A stretch of DNA of 64,000 nucleotides from a virus (taxonomy: Duplodnaviria; Heunggongvirae; Uroviricota; Caudoviricetes), in the IMG/VR virus record IMGVR_UViG_2541047117_000001, positions 88,841-152,840 of that record, one strand, 5' to 3'. Positions within the stretch are counted from its first letter, which is position 1. Every line of letters starts with the position of its first letter. Below the pieces are notes generated by a model, which saw nothing but the letters and a program-made list of their open reading frames with translations, was not told where the DNA came from and searched no databases. This document shows, one piece after another, positions 1-9,280 of this stretch. Both the position numbers and the translations under genes were made by a program.

Positions 1-407
1 AGAGCTGTTACCATATCTACGCTAAGTTCAATGCTCTTAGGAAGGACTTGCTTTTCTTCGTAGCGTTGTTTAACTGCCAAACCTGCTAGGAAGCCTAGAG
101 TATTAATAATAGGTAAATCTGATGTATGTTTCTCACTCTTCGTGATTGTTAGAGAGTGTGCGTAATCTGAATTGTAAGCACGTTTCCCGATGAAGTAATC
201 TCCATTGCGTTCAATCGCACTTGATGTGATTGTTACGTATAAGTTGTCCAGTAAAGTAGGAATGAATAATGAAGGGTCTCCTTCAACTACTGTTTTTGGA
301 CGGTCGATAGAGTAGATATTTGGTTGAGTGAATAACTCGCCATTTATTTTTAATGCTTGTTCACTATTACCGTTGTCGTTTGAACCTTTAAAGTACATTT
401 TCACCAT
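1..407 (-). CDS. ParM/StbA-family actin-like ATPase (runs off the window edge)
   Basis: Not in ORF track. Manual translation MVKMYFKGSNDNGNSEQALKING...YFIGKRA...LSVDMVTA. NDNGNSE is the phosphate-1 loop typical of Firmicute ParM/Alp actins. RBS GGAGATGTTTAAAAATG. Confidence 0.8.
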   Translation of the reverse strand, partial: MVKMYFKGSNDNGNSEQALKINGELFTQPNIYSIDRPKTVVEGDPSLFIPTLLDNLYVTITSSAIERNGDYFIGKRAYNSDYAHSLTITKSEKHTSDLPIINTLGFLAGLAVKQRYEEKQVLPKSIELSVDMVTA

Positions 408-448
408 TTTTAAACATCTCCTATGTATATGTGTTAACTACAACTCCA

Positions 449-476
449 ATTATATCAAACTAGAGTGCATAGTCAA
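449..476 (-). promoter_or_regulatory. sigmaA promoter of the parM-like gene
   Basis: TTGACT-16-TATAAT with TGn extension on the minus strand. Confidence 0.6.
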
Positions 477-608
477 TAGATTTTTAATATAATATAAAGT
501 TATTTTATATTATATTACATTATATAATATTATATAATGCTTAATTCACCATTTTTAAACATCTTCGTGATTTAAAATCCCCATTTTATTTAACAGGTTG
601 ATTGAAAT

Positions 609-647
609 TTGGATACCTCAGAGCAGGAAATGCCCTGAGACATCCAA
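609..647. terminator. Hairpin, probable terminator of the small membrane-protein operon
   Basis: Imperfect stem TTGGATACCTCAGAGCA/TGCCCTGAGACATCCAA just past the stop of 658..852. Confidence 0.5.
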
Positions 648-657
648 TTAAAAACTC

Positions 658-852
658 TCATCGCTTAAAGTTCCCTGTTCCTTTATAAATGCTGATTAGA
701 GTATTTATGATGATTAGCACCAAGACAATAATTAATCCTATATTGAGTACTGTTTTTAACCAGTCATCTTGAAAGAACTTCTCGAAAAACAAGAAGTAAG
801 AAAGAATAAACGATGTTAACAATGCATCTGAATACCTCTTGAAAGTCTTCAT
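658..852 (-). CDS. Small two-TM membrane protein, positionally YoyJ-like
   Basis: 64 aa with two hydrophobic segments, directly downstream of the YonT-like peptide. Confidence 0.7.
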   Translation of the reverse strand: MKTFKRYSDALLTSFILSYFLFFEKFFQDDWLKTVLNIGLIIVLVLIIINTLISIYKGTGNFKR

Positions 853-888
853 ATTGTATCTTGAGTGATAAGTTGCTATACTTGTATA

Positions 889-995
889 AACAAGGGGAGG
901 TAAACTCCCCTTGGCTCAAAATCACTGACGTTTATTAACGTCTTGGCTCTCGTCTTGGCGGTCGGTAGCATTGATTTTGGGCTTTTTTACTTTTT
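889..995 (+). ncRNA. Candidate antisense antitoxin RNA (SR6-like)
   Basis: Plus-strand promoter TTGTAT(854-859)-17-TATACT(877-882) with TG extension. 5' hairpin, long-range stem GCTCAAAATCA/TGATTTTGGGC, then a U-run. Complementary to the 3' end of 922..1071. Confidence 0.6.
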
Positions 996-1071
996 CGATT
1001 ATTGTCATGCTCTTTTCGATAATCGTAAGAGCAGTAGCAATAATCCCTAGTATTATAGCAACTTTAGTCAC
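922..1071 (-). CDS. Type I toxin-like peptide, YonT-like (49 aa)
   Basis: Not in track. GTG start after GGAGG; MTKVAIILGIIATALTIIEKSMTIIEKVKKPK... gives one TM helix plus a charged tail. Own promoter TTGACA(1130-1125)-17-TATACT. Confidence 0.7.
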   Translation of the reverse strand: MTKVAIILGIIATALTIIEKSMTIIEKVKKPKINATDRQDESQDVNKRQ

Positions 1072-1177
1072 TCTATTACCTCCTCTCTTTAGGATACTCT
1101 TAGTATACCAGTAATATAATCCACTGTCAATGTACTTATTCGATATTTTTTACATTTATTTGTTGATATAAAAGAAA

Positions 1178-1204
1178 AGAGCATCTGAATTAATCAGATA
1201 CTCT
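1178..1204 (-). terminator. Intrinsic terminator
   Basis: Stem AGAGCATCTGA/TCAGATACTCT with an A-run on its left (U-run on minus). Confidence 0.55.
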
Positions 1205-1210
1205 AGTAGC

Positions 1211-1393
1211 TCACTTACCTCTTAGTTCGGCTAATCTATTAGGACTAAAAACCTCATAGCATTCATTACAAATCTTGTCGCCAGTACTTGTACCGAATAA
1301 GACTTCTTTTTGGAAACTAGGATGCGGACACTCTTTATTAGGGTTCTCCTCTTTCCATTTCTTGTTTAATTCATCGGCTTTCATATAATCCAT
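1211..1393 (-). CDS. Hypothetical protein, possible Zn-binding (CxH...CxxC)
   Basis: ORF track, RBS GGGAG. Confidence 0.7.
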   Translation of the reverse strand: MDYMKADELNKKWKEENPNKECPHPSFQKEVLFGTSTGDKICNECYEVFSPNRLAELRGK

Positions 1394-1505
1394 ATTAACT
1401 CCTCCATTCTTAATTGACTCTATAATCCTATCATCATACTAGACTTCATTCAATACATTTTTCATTATTTTTTGCATTTATTTCAAATAGACAAAGAATA
1501 CCTAA

Positions 1506-1973
1506 TTAGTATTCCTTGTCCATTAATTCTTTTAGAGAGCCTACAACTAGTCTCAGCTTCACAATTTCGTCTTCATCTGCTTTTGTATTTGTTCCAGTTT
1601 TGTAATCACTCTCTGCACGGTTTAACTGCATCTGAGCTTGCTCTAGCGACCATTTCAAAGCCGTGACGTGATGTTTAGCATAGTTTTCTTCAACAATACA
1701 TGTAACCTGTGTCCCGTCCTCTTCAAAATAGTGTTGCTCTACAAATCTTGCTACTGTTTCTGCTTGTTCTTTTGTTCTGTAGGATTGTGCATCTACTTCG
1801 CTACTGATTAGAGTAACGTCCCATACACCTTGCTCTTTGTTGAATCCAACACCTTCTGCTACATATTTACCAAAAACTTTTAACACGTAACTCATATTCT
1901 CTCTCCTCTTATTTAAAATGTTTGCGATAGATATCATTATCACTCTTCGTTCCTTTGATTCCATCTCCATCAT
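1506..1973 (-). CDS. Hypothetical protein
   Basis: ORF track, co-oriented; real start may be the downstream MSYVLK. Confidence 0.65.
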   Translation of the reverse strand: MMEMESKERRVIMISIANILNKRRENMSYVLKVFGKYVAEGVGFNKEQGVWDVTLISSEVDAQSYRTKEQAETVARFVEQHYFEEDGTQVTCIVEENYAKHHVTALKWSLEQAQMQLNRAESDYKTGTNTKADEDEIVKLRLVVGSLKELMDKEY

Positions 1974-2343
1974 AATCTCGATTATAAGGATTATCTTCTT
2001 TCGTGGTAGTATCTGAGTCTAAGTGAGAAACAAACCAGTATCCACAACCTATTATCATGAATACGAATATCAATTTAATTAGATTACTAAATATTTTGGA
2101 ATCAGTTTTAGGTAGATGACCTCTACCCTCTTGTACCTTTATGTATTTAACGACACCTTTATCATTTGATTTCATGAATAGTGTCTTCTGTTTGCCACTC
2201 TGTGTGAAGAGAAAGCGATGATAACCCTCTCTGTCCTCATTAGAGACCTCATTATATCCGAAGTCTCTAAAGTGAGTGAGTACAGCTTCTCTATTGAATG
2301 GCTTGTTGTAGAATGCCTTCTTGATGTTCTGTTGAAAATCCAT
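1909..2343 (-). CDS. Membrane protein with C-terminal TM helix and DxDxDG Ca-binding-like loop
   Basis: LIKLIFVFMIIGCGYWFV followed by DYDGDG. Confidence 0.7.
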   Translation of the reverse strand: MDFQQNIKKAFYNKPFNREAVLTHFRDFGYNEVSNEDREGYHRFLFTQSGKQKTLFMKSNDKGVVKYIKVQEGRGHLPKTDSKIFSNLIKLIFVFMIIGCGYWFVSHLDSDTTTKEDNPYNRDYDGDGIKGTKSDNDIYRKHFK

Positions 2344-2353
2344 TTATAGCTCC

Positions 2354-2725
2354 TTATAGAGAATAATCGTAATAACTAGAAGTTTCGTAATCATAAAGTG
2401 AAATAGAGTTCTTTCTCACTGCACCACTAAAATGTTGGCAAGAATCGTAATCGTATCCCGAAAACTTATCGCCATTAAATTTAATATTGACATGTTTTGA
2501 AGTAGCGTAGTTGAAAAGTGAGAAGTCTCCACTCCGACCGTTTCCACTCATATGTTTATTGGTTCTGTGGTCGAAAACATTTATTTGATTATCTTTCACA
2601 TCACCACTAATACTAATGTAATTATTGTCTTCATAAGAATAGACACTGCTTTTATTTAATTTACTGATGTATCGTCCTACTATATAAGCTACTACATCTC
2701 TTGCTTCTTTAATCATTTGTATCAT
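2354..2725 (-). CDS. Hypothetical protein
   Basis: ORF track, RBS GAAAGGA. Confidence 0.75.
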   Translation of the reverse strand: MIQMIKEARDVVAYIVGRYISKLNKSSVYSYEDNNYISISGDVKDNQINVFDHRTNKHMSGNGRSGDFSLFNYATSKHVNIKFNGDKFSGYDYDSCQHFSGAVRKNSISLYDYETSSYYDYSL

Positions 2726-2741
2726 TTCCTTTCTAAAATTA

Positions 2742-2930
2742 TTATAGTTTTTCAGTGTTAACTAGTTCAACTATTTCTTCTAATGTAAGTTCAGGATGTT
2801 CTTTTTCTAATGTTGTAAGTCGATATAATCCCATTCTACTTAAATCCTCAGGTGTATCACGATATGTGCAAGTGATAAACAAGTCGAACACTTTACCCTT
2901 ATAGAAAACCTCAGCTACTTGACCATACAT
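2742..2930 (-). CDS. Hypothetical protein
   Basis: ORF track. Confidence 0.65.
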   Translation of the reverse strand: MYGQVAEVFYKGKVFDLFITCTYRDTPEDLSRMGLYRLTTLEKEHPELTLEEIVELVNTEKL

Positions 2931-3092
2931 CCTGTATTCTCCTCTAATACATGTTTATTTAATTCTGTAGATTCCTATAATCTCATATTTTGATAGAACT
3001 GCAAAGAAAACTGCGTTGAAATCTTTTGACTTGCTATTGCTATGTCTTCCCTTTATATGAAATCAGACTTTTATCTAATAATGCACTTTTAT

Positions 3093-3296
3093 TTAATCAT
3101 TAATCCAACTTTTATACTCACGTATTAATTTTTGTAAAGCTTCTTTTGTCATATGTGGGGTAAGCTCCCTGTTTACGAACCTTATGAAATCCATAGGTTG
3201 TATATCATATCCTCCACCTACTCCCTCTTCAGCATCCAACCATTTTTCAGCCGATTCACTTGCTTCATGTATTAATTCAGCTTTTGTTTTAGACAA
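3093..3296 (-). CDS. Hypothetical protein
   Basis: ORF track, RBS GAGGTGA. Confidence 0.7.
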   Translation of the reverse strand: MSKTKAELIHEASESAEKWLDAEEGVGGGYDIQPMDFIRFVNRELTPHMTKEALQKLIREYKSWIND

Positions 3297-3337
3297 AATA
3301 ACATCACCTCTTTTGAAATCTAAATAAAATGAGAATT

Positions 3338-3691
3338 TTATGCTACTACTGTAAATTTATCGTATCCATAAAAAGCCAAGTGAATACGATATTTTTCACA
3401 CTTTTTCAGCCAATTATATACTTCTTCTAAAATATCCATTCTGTTTTGTGACTCGTTGAGTTCTCCACAGGATTCTGCTAACTTATTGCACAGAGGACAG
3501 ATTCCATTTTTCTCTTTGATTTCCATCATCCTAATAGTTTTTTGTTTTAAATTAATCCATGCAATAATAGAAAGAGAGTGTGCTGATTTTGTAGTTACTA
3601 TCATTTCAGCAATCTCACCTGGGTTCCAAAAAACACCGTTATCTCTCATATCTACACTGACATCTTGGATATTTAGGTTTACACTCACCAT
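3338..3691 (-). CDS. Hypothetical protein
   Basis: ORF track, RBS AGGGGGA. Confidence 0.7.
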   Translation of the reverse strand: MVSVNLNIQDVSVDMRDNGVFWNPGEIAEMIVTTKSAHSLSIIAWINLKQKTIRMMEIKEKNGICPLCNKLAESCGELNESQNRMDILEEVYNWLKKCEKYRIHLAFYGYDKFTVVA

Positions 3692-3721
3692 AATCCCCCT
3701 TTGTCTAAAACTCTTATTGTA

Positions 3722-4114
3722 TTAAAATTCTTCAATTTCGAAATGATGCGTGTGGTTTGGTCTAATTTTATGTATTTCAGTTAATGTTTTAATTCTTTCC
3801 TCTGCAATGGCTTTATCTTCTATTACAGCTAATTCTCTCATTGGTACAACATCAATGCCTTTGGTATTGAATTGCATGTAGTATCCTTTGAACTCACCGT
3901 CTTCATAACATTTAATAGCATATCTAATAGAGTTATCACTTAGATTATCGTTGTTTTCTGCTTCTTCACCTTGAAAAGTAATTTCTAATGTGAATGCATC
4001 TCCATCTTCGCTTGGCTCAAGTATCACGTTCTTCGGCTTTAGAATTTTATTTTCCCCTACCATACCCATAATCTCATTTACTTCTTCAAAGCTACCTTTA
4101 GCTGTTAACTTCAT
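3722..4114 (-). CDS. Hypothetical protein
   Basis: ORF track, RBS GAAGGAG. Confidence 0.75.
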   Translation of the reverse strand: MKLTAKGSFEEVNEIMGMVGENKILKPKNVILEPSEDGDAFTLEITFQGEEAENNDNLSDNSIRYAIKCYEDGEFKGYYMQFNTKGIDVVPMRELAVIEDKAIAEERIKTLTEIHKIRPNHTHHFEIEEF

Positions 4115-4322
4115 ATAACTTATCTCCTTCTTTTTCGTTGTATTCGGCTTCTAGTTCTCTATCTTTTTTGTCATTACCTAGTTCTCTGCATGACCAACAA
4201 TAAACTTCTGTTTCTTTCTGATTATACCAATCATGACACCATTTACATTTACGCATTCCCATCGTAATCCCTACCTTTAGTATTTTGTTTGCCAATAACC
4301 TTCGATATTGTGAGGACTCCAA
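4098..4322 (-). CDS. Hypothetical Zn-finger protein (CxxC...CxxC)
   Basis: CKWC...CWSC; real start probably at the later MGMRK. Confidence 0.6.
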   Translation of the reverse strand: MESSQYRRLLANKILKVGITMGMRKCKWCHDWYNQKETEVYCWSCRELGNDKKDRELEAEYNEKEGDKLYEVNS

Positions 4323-4582
4323 TAGTCTTTCGCCATATCATGCTTATTCTTGTCTTTATACACTTCTAAGAACTCTAAAGCCTTATCTACAGCTTCTTGG
4401 AAGTTCTCAGTACGATATTCAATATCACAAATACCTAACTGCCCACGTTCATACACTTGAAGGCAGTAGAAACCAATGTATTGCTGTATGTAAGCTACTA
4501 CTCTCCCCTCTGTTTTTTGATAGTAATTCCACTTTTTTGAAAAGTGCCATCCATCTACTTCTTGAAATCCCCACAATACCAT
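4277..4582 (-). CDS. Hypothetical protein
   Basis: ORF track, RBS GAAAGGA. Confidence 0.7.
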   Translation of the reverse strand: MVLWGFQEVDGWHFSKKWNYYQKTEGRVVAYIQQYIGFYCLQVYERGQLGICDIEYRTENFQEAVDKALEFLEVYKDKNKHDMAKDYWSPHNIEGYWQTKY

Positions 4583-4625
4583 TTAAAACAATCCTTTCAT
4601 TGCTCACTTAATCCGAAATATCCAT

Positions 4626-4853
4626 CTAACTGTTAATCCAATTGTTATATTCACCAACAGGAACTTCTCTATATTCTTTCATGTATTGAACTAATAAATC
4701 GGTATTGTATCCACCCTTTATAAGCTCGTCCATGATTTGATTTTGATGCGCTTTTAACTCTGTAATATCTAATTCATTAACGTTTTCTTTCTCTAGGTTA
4801 TCATTTACGAATACTAGGTCTTTAGCAAGCTCTTTTAATCTGTTTCTAGCCAT
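4626..4853 (-). CDS. Hypothetical protein
   Basis: Start moved to MARNRL after GAGGAGGGG. Confidence 0.7.
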   Translation of the reverse strand: MARNRLKELAKDLVFVNDNLEKENVNELDITELKAHQNQIMDELIKGGYNTDLLVQYMKEYREVPVGEYNNWINS

Positions 4854-5029
4854 GTCATTTCCCCTCCTCAATTTCTATATTTAGTATAACATTTTAATAG
4901 TCCACTGTCAATGGACTGTCTAATAAAAATAAAACCTCATAAGAGGAATTATTTTCTTTTAAGTATATAATTTTTACATAATAAACATTGTCAATGGACT
5001 GGTTATCTTTTCTTTTGAAGGTACTTGTA

Positions 5030-6478
5030 TTATTTAACTCCTTTTAACAATCCATATGCAAATAGTACACGATTCTTTGCTTCTGTTGTTCTTAGATATT
5101 TAGTATCTAAATCCTTGATACGAACTCTGTCTAGCCCGTCAGCATCTTTGAAAATCACATATAGATTCCATGTTCTCTCAGTCTTCTCACTGTCCCAGTT
5201 TAGATTGTATAAAGCATCTTTTGATTCTGCATCGCCAATACAATGATACTCCATGATAAATTCGATGATATCAACCTCATCGTCCGTCATATGATGTAAT
5301 TCATATTCTTCACTTGTATCTTCTCTATTTACTACGTCAATACACGTATACGGGAAACTACCTGAGATTTCTTCATGGTGCTTTAATACGCTTAGCTTTC
5401 CGTGTTCTCTGTCTTCATCATCATTCTCACGACCGATATCATGGAAGCAAGCTACATTGCATAGGATTCCTCTGTCTCTCATGTTTAGATTCAGCGCTCG
5501 TGACAACGATAATGCATGGAATAATACACGTTTACAATGTAGAGTGCCATGAATACCCTCAGGATTGTCAAAGTATTTATCTAAGATGAATGTATTCTTG
5601 TATAAGTGATACTCTTCTGCATATTCATCATCTAGCATTGCTCGAATCTCTTCATTTGTTTTAATCATATTATAAGGTTTGATATCTTCTACATGTTGAG
5701 GGAATGCTAGAATCTCCTCTTCGTTTCTTCCTTGTAGATAGTCGATAACGTGTTCTTTCTTCACTTTTGCTTCATAGATATCACCATCTAATCCTCGACG
5801 CATTGCGAAGAATATTGCTGTATCAAGGTTTAGTGTCCAACTCATTGATTCTGTAGGAGCAGTTGATTTGTCACCGCATCCTCGGTAGATAGTAATCATT
5901 TCATCTGTACCGACATTTGATAGAGTGTCATTTAATCGAGATAGCATTTCGTCTTTGTATGCTGTTTGTTGGTGCTTAACTGCATCCTGTATTAACTCTC
6001 TATCAATTAAATGATGTCCATAGTCTTCATGAGTGTAAAACTCGATGAATAACTCGTATCGGTCTTCTACTGGGACATCCCAGTACATTTTGTTCATGAA
6101 CATGAATTTAACATGCGTATTAGTGAATGTTAGGAATCCAAAGTAATCCTTCTTCTCATGAAGCAGTTTATTTGCATGTGCCTCAAGCCATTCAACATGC
6201 TTTTTCAGTGGCGTCATGCCATGAAGACCAAATATTTCTTTTACAGATGTTGTGCCGAAGTATACAGGAAACTTGCAGTAGCAGAACGGCTCGAAAATCT
6301 TATCACATAAATAGAAATCATCAATTGATAAATCTTGACTTTCTGCATCTCGTTTCAATTCCTCACGAGTCGGTAATTTATATCCTTTTTCATTGAATAG
6401 TGCTATGTTTTCCTCTGTTAGAGGGTATAGGTCATCTTTTGTTATCTGCTGATTCGCCATCATAATAATATCGTCCAT
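5030..6478 (-). CDS. ADP-ribosyltransferase-like domain fused to a C-terminal HD-domain phosphohydrolase
   Basis: IYRG...SWT...RNEEEIL (R-S-E ART pattern), then HGxxH...FHDIGR...H...DADGLDR (HD superfamily). Confidence 0.7.
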   Translation of the reverse strand: MDDIIMMANQQITKDDLYPLTEENIALFNEKGYKLPTREELKRDAESQDLSIDDFYLCDKIFEPFCYCKFPVYFGTTSVKEIFGLHGMTPLKKHVEWLEAHANKLLHEKKDYFGFLTFTNTHVKFMFMNKMYWDVPVEDRYELFIEFYTHEDYGHHLIDRELIQDAVKHQQTAYKDEMLSRLNDTLSNVGTDEMITIYRGCGDKSTAPTESMSWTLNLDTAIFFAMRRGLDGDIYEAKVKKEHVIDYLQGRNEEEILAFPQHVEDIKPYNMIKTNEEIRAMLDDEYAEEYHLYKNTFILDKYFDNPEGIHGTLHCKRVLFHALSLSRALNLNMRDRGILCNVACFHDIGRENDDEDREHGKLSVLKHHEEISGSFPYTCIDVVNREDTSEEYELHHMTDDEVDIIEFIMEYHCIGDAESKDALYNLNWDSEKTERTWNLYVIFKDADGLDRVRIKDLDTKYLRTTEAKNRVLFAYGLLKGVK

Positions 6479-6555
6479 CGTATATGCTCCTTAGTGCTGT
6501 TTATTATTTATATTAAGAGGGGAACGTCTCCCCTCCTCTATTCTAATTATTGTAT

Positions 6556-6987
6556 TTATGAAGCTCTTACAGGAATATACTCTTTAATCCCTTTCTCTTC
6601 TAGCTCTTTAGCCATTTTTAAAACTAATGCATAATTCGCATCGTCCTCAGTGCTAGTTTCCTTTAGTATATCTAAAGCTATATTGAATGTTTTTAATTTA
6701 GTTTGGTCATCCGTATCTACTTTGCTAGCATCAATAACTCTGCTCACAGGAAGTGATAACTCTCTGTTGTGGTAATCTGTTCCGATTAGAAGTGTTGTTT
6801 TATTCCCTTGGTATTCTCCTGTTCGGATTGATTCAACGTAGAACTCTTCAACAACACTCTCTGCTGTCATAACGCTTGTGCCTTCTATTTGAGGTCTCCA
6901 ATTACCTTTCATTCTAACATTAAATACTCCATTTAACATATCTACTAATTGGATTCTTTCTTCTACTGCTTTGATTTCGTTTTTCAT
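6556..6987 (-). CDS. Hypothetical protein
   Basis: Start moved to the ATG of the GGAGATGTTTAAAAATG motif. Confidence 0.75.
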   Translation of the reverse strand: MKNEIKAVEERIQLVDMLNGVFNVRMKGNWRPQIEGTSVMTAESVVEEFYVESIRTGEYQGNKTTLLIGTDYHNRELSLPVSRVIDASKVDTDDQTKLKTFNIALDILKETSTEDDANYALVLKMAKELEEKGIKEYIPVRAS

Positions 6988-7103
6988 TTTTAAACATCTC
7001 CTCTTCATCTTATGTACTCATTATAGCATCACATAAAGTCCACTGTCAATGGACTATTTCAGAAAAATAAAAGATAGAATTTTACTTCTATCTTTAGTGC
7101 AAT

Positions 7104-7757
7104 TTACTTATAAAACATTTTATAGATTTCGGGATAACCATTATCATCTATGCTATTCACATCGTGTACAATTCTCTCATTAGCCTCGTTATCTTGAATT
7201 GAGTAATGCCCTTCCACGGTGCTAAGCATTACTCTAAGTTTATTTTTTCGGAAACCAATCATTGTATATGCCTTCGTAGCATCAACTTCCCAATCTTGAC
7301 TAATAGCGATTGACAAGATTTCATCAATATCACGAAGATTCTCATGTTTATCCTGATTTATATTGTAATCCTTTTCTCTTTCTTCTTCTTTTTCTAAGAT
7401 ATCTCTAGCCAATTGTAGAGCAGTCTTACTATCGAGTGTTAGAGTTGATTCAACTCTACCCTCTGAGTTCTTTTTATGAATATTTACTGTTCCATCGGGT
7501 AAGAAATGAGTTCTAATCTTGTATGGATTATCAAAAAGACTGTAAGAAGTAGCTGTATAACCTGTAGTGTGACGGACTGCTCTGATGTTTGATTTTTTAA
7601 GAGTGATTTGTTCACCTACAAATGGTTGGAATACATATTCCCCTGTTTTCTCTAATTGTTCTTTGATTTCCTCGATTGTTTCTAGGTTGTTACCTAAGCC
7701 TTCGAAGTTTGTGTATCTTGTTTTATCTTTTAATTCAATGATGATATGTTTCTCCAA
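7104..7757 (-). CDS. Hypothetical protein
   Basis: ORF track, TTG start after AGGGGAG. Confidence 0.75.
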   Translation of the reverse strand: MEKHIIIELKDKTRYTNFEGLGNNLETIEEIKEQLEKTGEYVFQPFVGEQITLKKSNIRAVRHTTGYTATSYSLFDNPYKIRTHFLPDGTVNIHKKNSEGRVESTLTLDSKTALQLARDILEKEEEREKDYNINQDKHENLRDIDEILSIAISQDWEVDATKAYTMIGFRKNKLRVMLSTVEGHYSIQDNEANERIVHDVNSIDDNGYPEIYKMFYK

Positions 7758-7782
7758 GATTATCTCCCCTTTAATTATCTTT

Positions 7783-7977
7783 TTAATCTGTTATTAGTTC
7801 GACTTCTTCAATCGTGATAGAGTTGAAGTCTTTGTGTGTAATCAAATAGTAGTCCGTATCAATGATTTCATCTAGGTTCATGATGTGAAAACTATCGCCA
7901 CTTGGAATCAAAATTCTTCTGACATTCGGTTTGCTCAAAAACCAAGCTTTTAAAGCACTTCCTTTGTATACCTGCAT
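7783..7977 (-). CDS. Hypothetical protein
   Basis: ORF track. Confidence 0.65.
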   Translation of the reverse strand: MQVYKGSALKAWFLSKPNVRRILIPSGDSFHIMNLDEIIDTDYYLITHKDFNSITIEEVELITD

Positions 7978-7987
7978 CTCTTCACCT

Positions 7988-8290
7988 TCAATCAGTTCCT
8001 TTTTTTGTCGATTCGCACGCTCTAACGATATACTTCATCAATTTCACATCTTCAAATATGCCATAGTTGCCGTCACAATCTACTCCGATTATAGGATTAG
8101 AATCATCTTGCATAGAATAAATCATGTCAATAAGCTCTCTTTTACCGTATCTAGTACCTATACCAATTGCATAAGCAATCTTTCGTAAATGTGCAATATC
8201 AATATTTTGTATCTTATGATTTGGATAAAAATGTTTCAGATAAGCTTTCATTTGTCTTTCTTTTTTTAGAAGTTTGTCTCTAATCACCAC
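7988..8290 (-). CDS. Hypothetical protein
   Basis: ORF track, RBS GAAAGGAG. Confidence 0.7.
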   Translation of the reverse strand: MVIRDKLLKKERQMKAYLKHFYPNHKIQNIDIAHLRKIAYAIGIGTRYGKRELIDMIYSMQDDSNPIIGVDCDGNYGIFEDVKLMKYIVRACESTKKGTD

Positions 8291-8319
8291 AAACCACTCC
8301 TTTCAATCAAATAAATATT

Positions 8320-8610
8320 TTATCCAACAAATCCTTGGATGTACTCTAGTGTACCTTCAGCATTATCTGTCCACAGCAGTACACCTAGAGAATCAATAAT
8401 CGCAAATTCTGTCGTGCTTTCCATTACTGTTGGGATGCCTAAAACGTCCATTACTGCTAAATTACGTGATATCCATAAGTCAGTCGTTCTTGTAGGGCAT
8501 ACGATTCCACTTTTAGTCTTTAAGTTCTCGATGTTCTCCGCTGTTAGTGAAGCAGTTTCGATTTGTTCGAAATTCATTTTTTCAATATAATCTTTTATCA
8601 TTGGATTCAT
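8320..8610 (-). CDS. Hypothetical protein
   Basis: Start moved to MNPMIK after GAGGAGGG. Confidence 0.7.
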   Translation of the reverse strand: MNPMIKDYIEKMNFEQIETASLTAENIENLKTKSGIVCPTRTTDLWISRNLAVMDVLGIPTVMESTTEFAIIDSLGVLLWTDNAEGTLEYIQGFVG

Positions 8611-8623
8611 CCGAATCCCTCCT

Positions 8624-8863
8624 CTATTCAACTTCTTCGACTAAGTAAGATAAAACATAAGGACATCTATCAGCTAACTTCTCAGCCATTGTTTCTGCTC
8701 TCTTCTCTGATTTGTATATCTTTACATCTACTTCAAGGTCAATCCCTATTGTTGGGAAATTCAAACCATCTACAGTATATGTCTTTCCACCCCAGTAGCC
8801 ATATGAATTATGTACATCTTTTGGGTCTCGTTCACTTGAAAGATAAATAACGTATCCACCCAT
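8624..8863 (-). CDS. Hypothetical protein
   Basis: ORF track, coupled to the upstream stop. Confidence 0.7.
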   Translation of the reverse strand: MGGYVIYLSSERDPKDVHNSYGYWGGKTYTVDGLNFPTIGIDLEVDVKIYKSEKRAETMAEKLADRCPYVLSYLVEEVE

Positions 8864-9264
8864 TAGAATCGCTCCTCAATCAAGCGTGGCGACGTTCCGC
8901 TCTCATGCCATTTCTCAGCGTTTTCGCCTGTACATAGCGCACCTGTCATCATTCCTGATACGTGATTTAAAGTGTAGCTCTTGAATGTTTCGGGTACTAT
9001 GACTCCCTGCTCTATCAATCCTTCTAGTTCATCCTCGTTAATCTCATGGATTGCAGGTTGGAATGTTATGTAATTCATACATGCTGACATACTAGCTTCA
9101 TACCCTCTTCTATGAGACTGGTTGTAACCCTTTTGGAAGAAATCTAATGCTTTCTGCTTGTTCTCAAATCCCGAAAGCATTCCTCCGTCTGACATGATGT
9201 AAATTTTATTATCTGCTCTGAATGATATCAATGCTGATTTCACTTTAATCTTCCTCTCTAACAT
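8863..9264 (-). CDS. Hypothetical protein
   Basis: ORF track, GATGTTTAAAAATG start motif. Confidence 0.75.
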   Translation of the reverse strand: MLERKIKVKSALISFRADNKIYIMSDGGMLSGFENKQKALDFFQKGYNQSHRRGYEASMSACMNYITFQPAIHEINEDELEGLIEQGVIVPETFKSYTLNHVSGMMTGALCTGENAEKWHESGTSPRLIEERF

Positions 9265-9280
9265 TTTTAAACATCTTATT

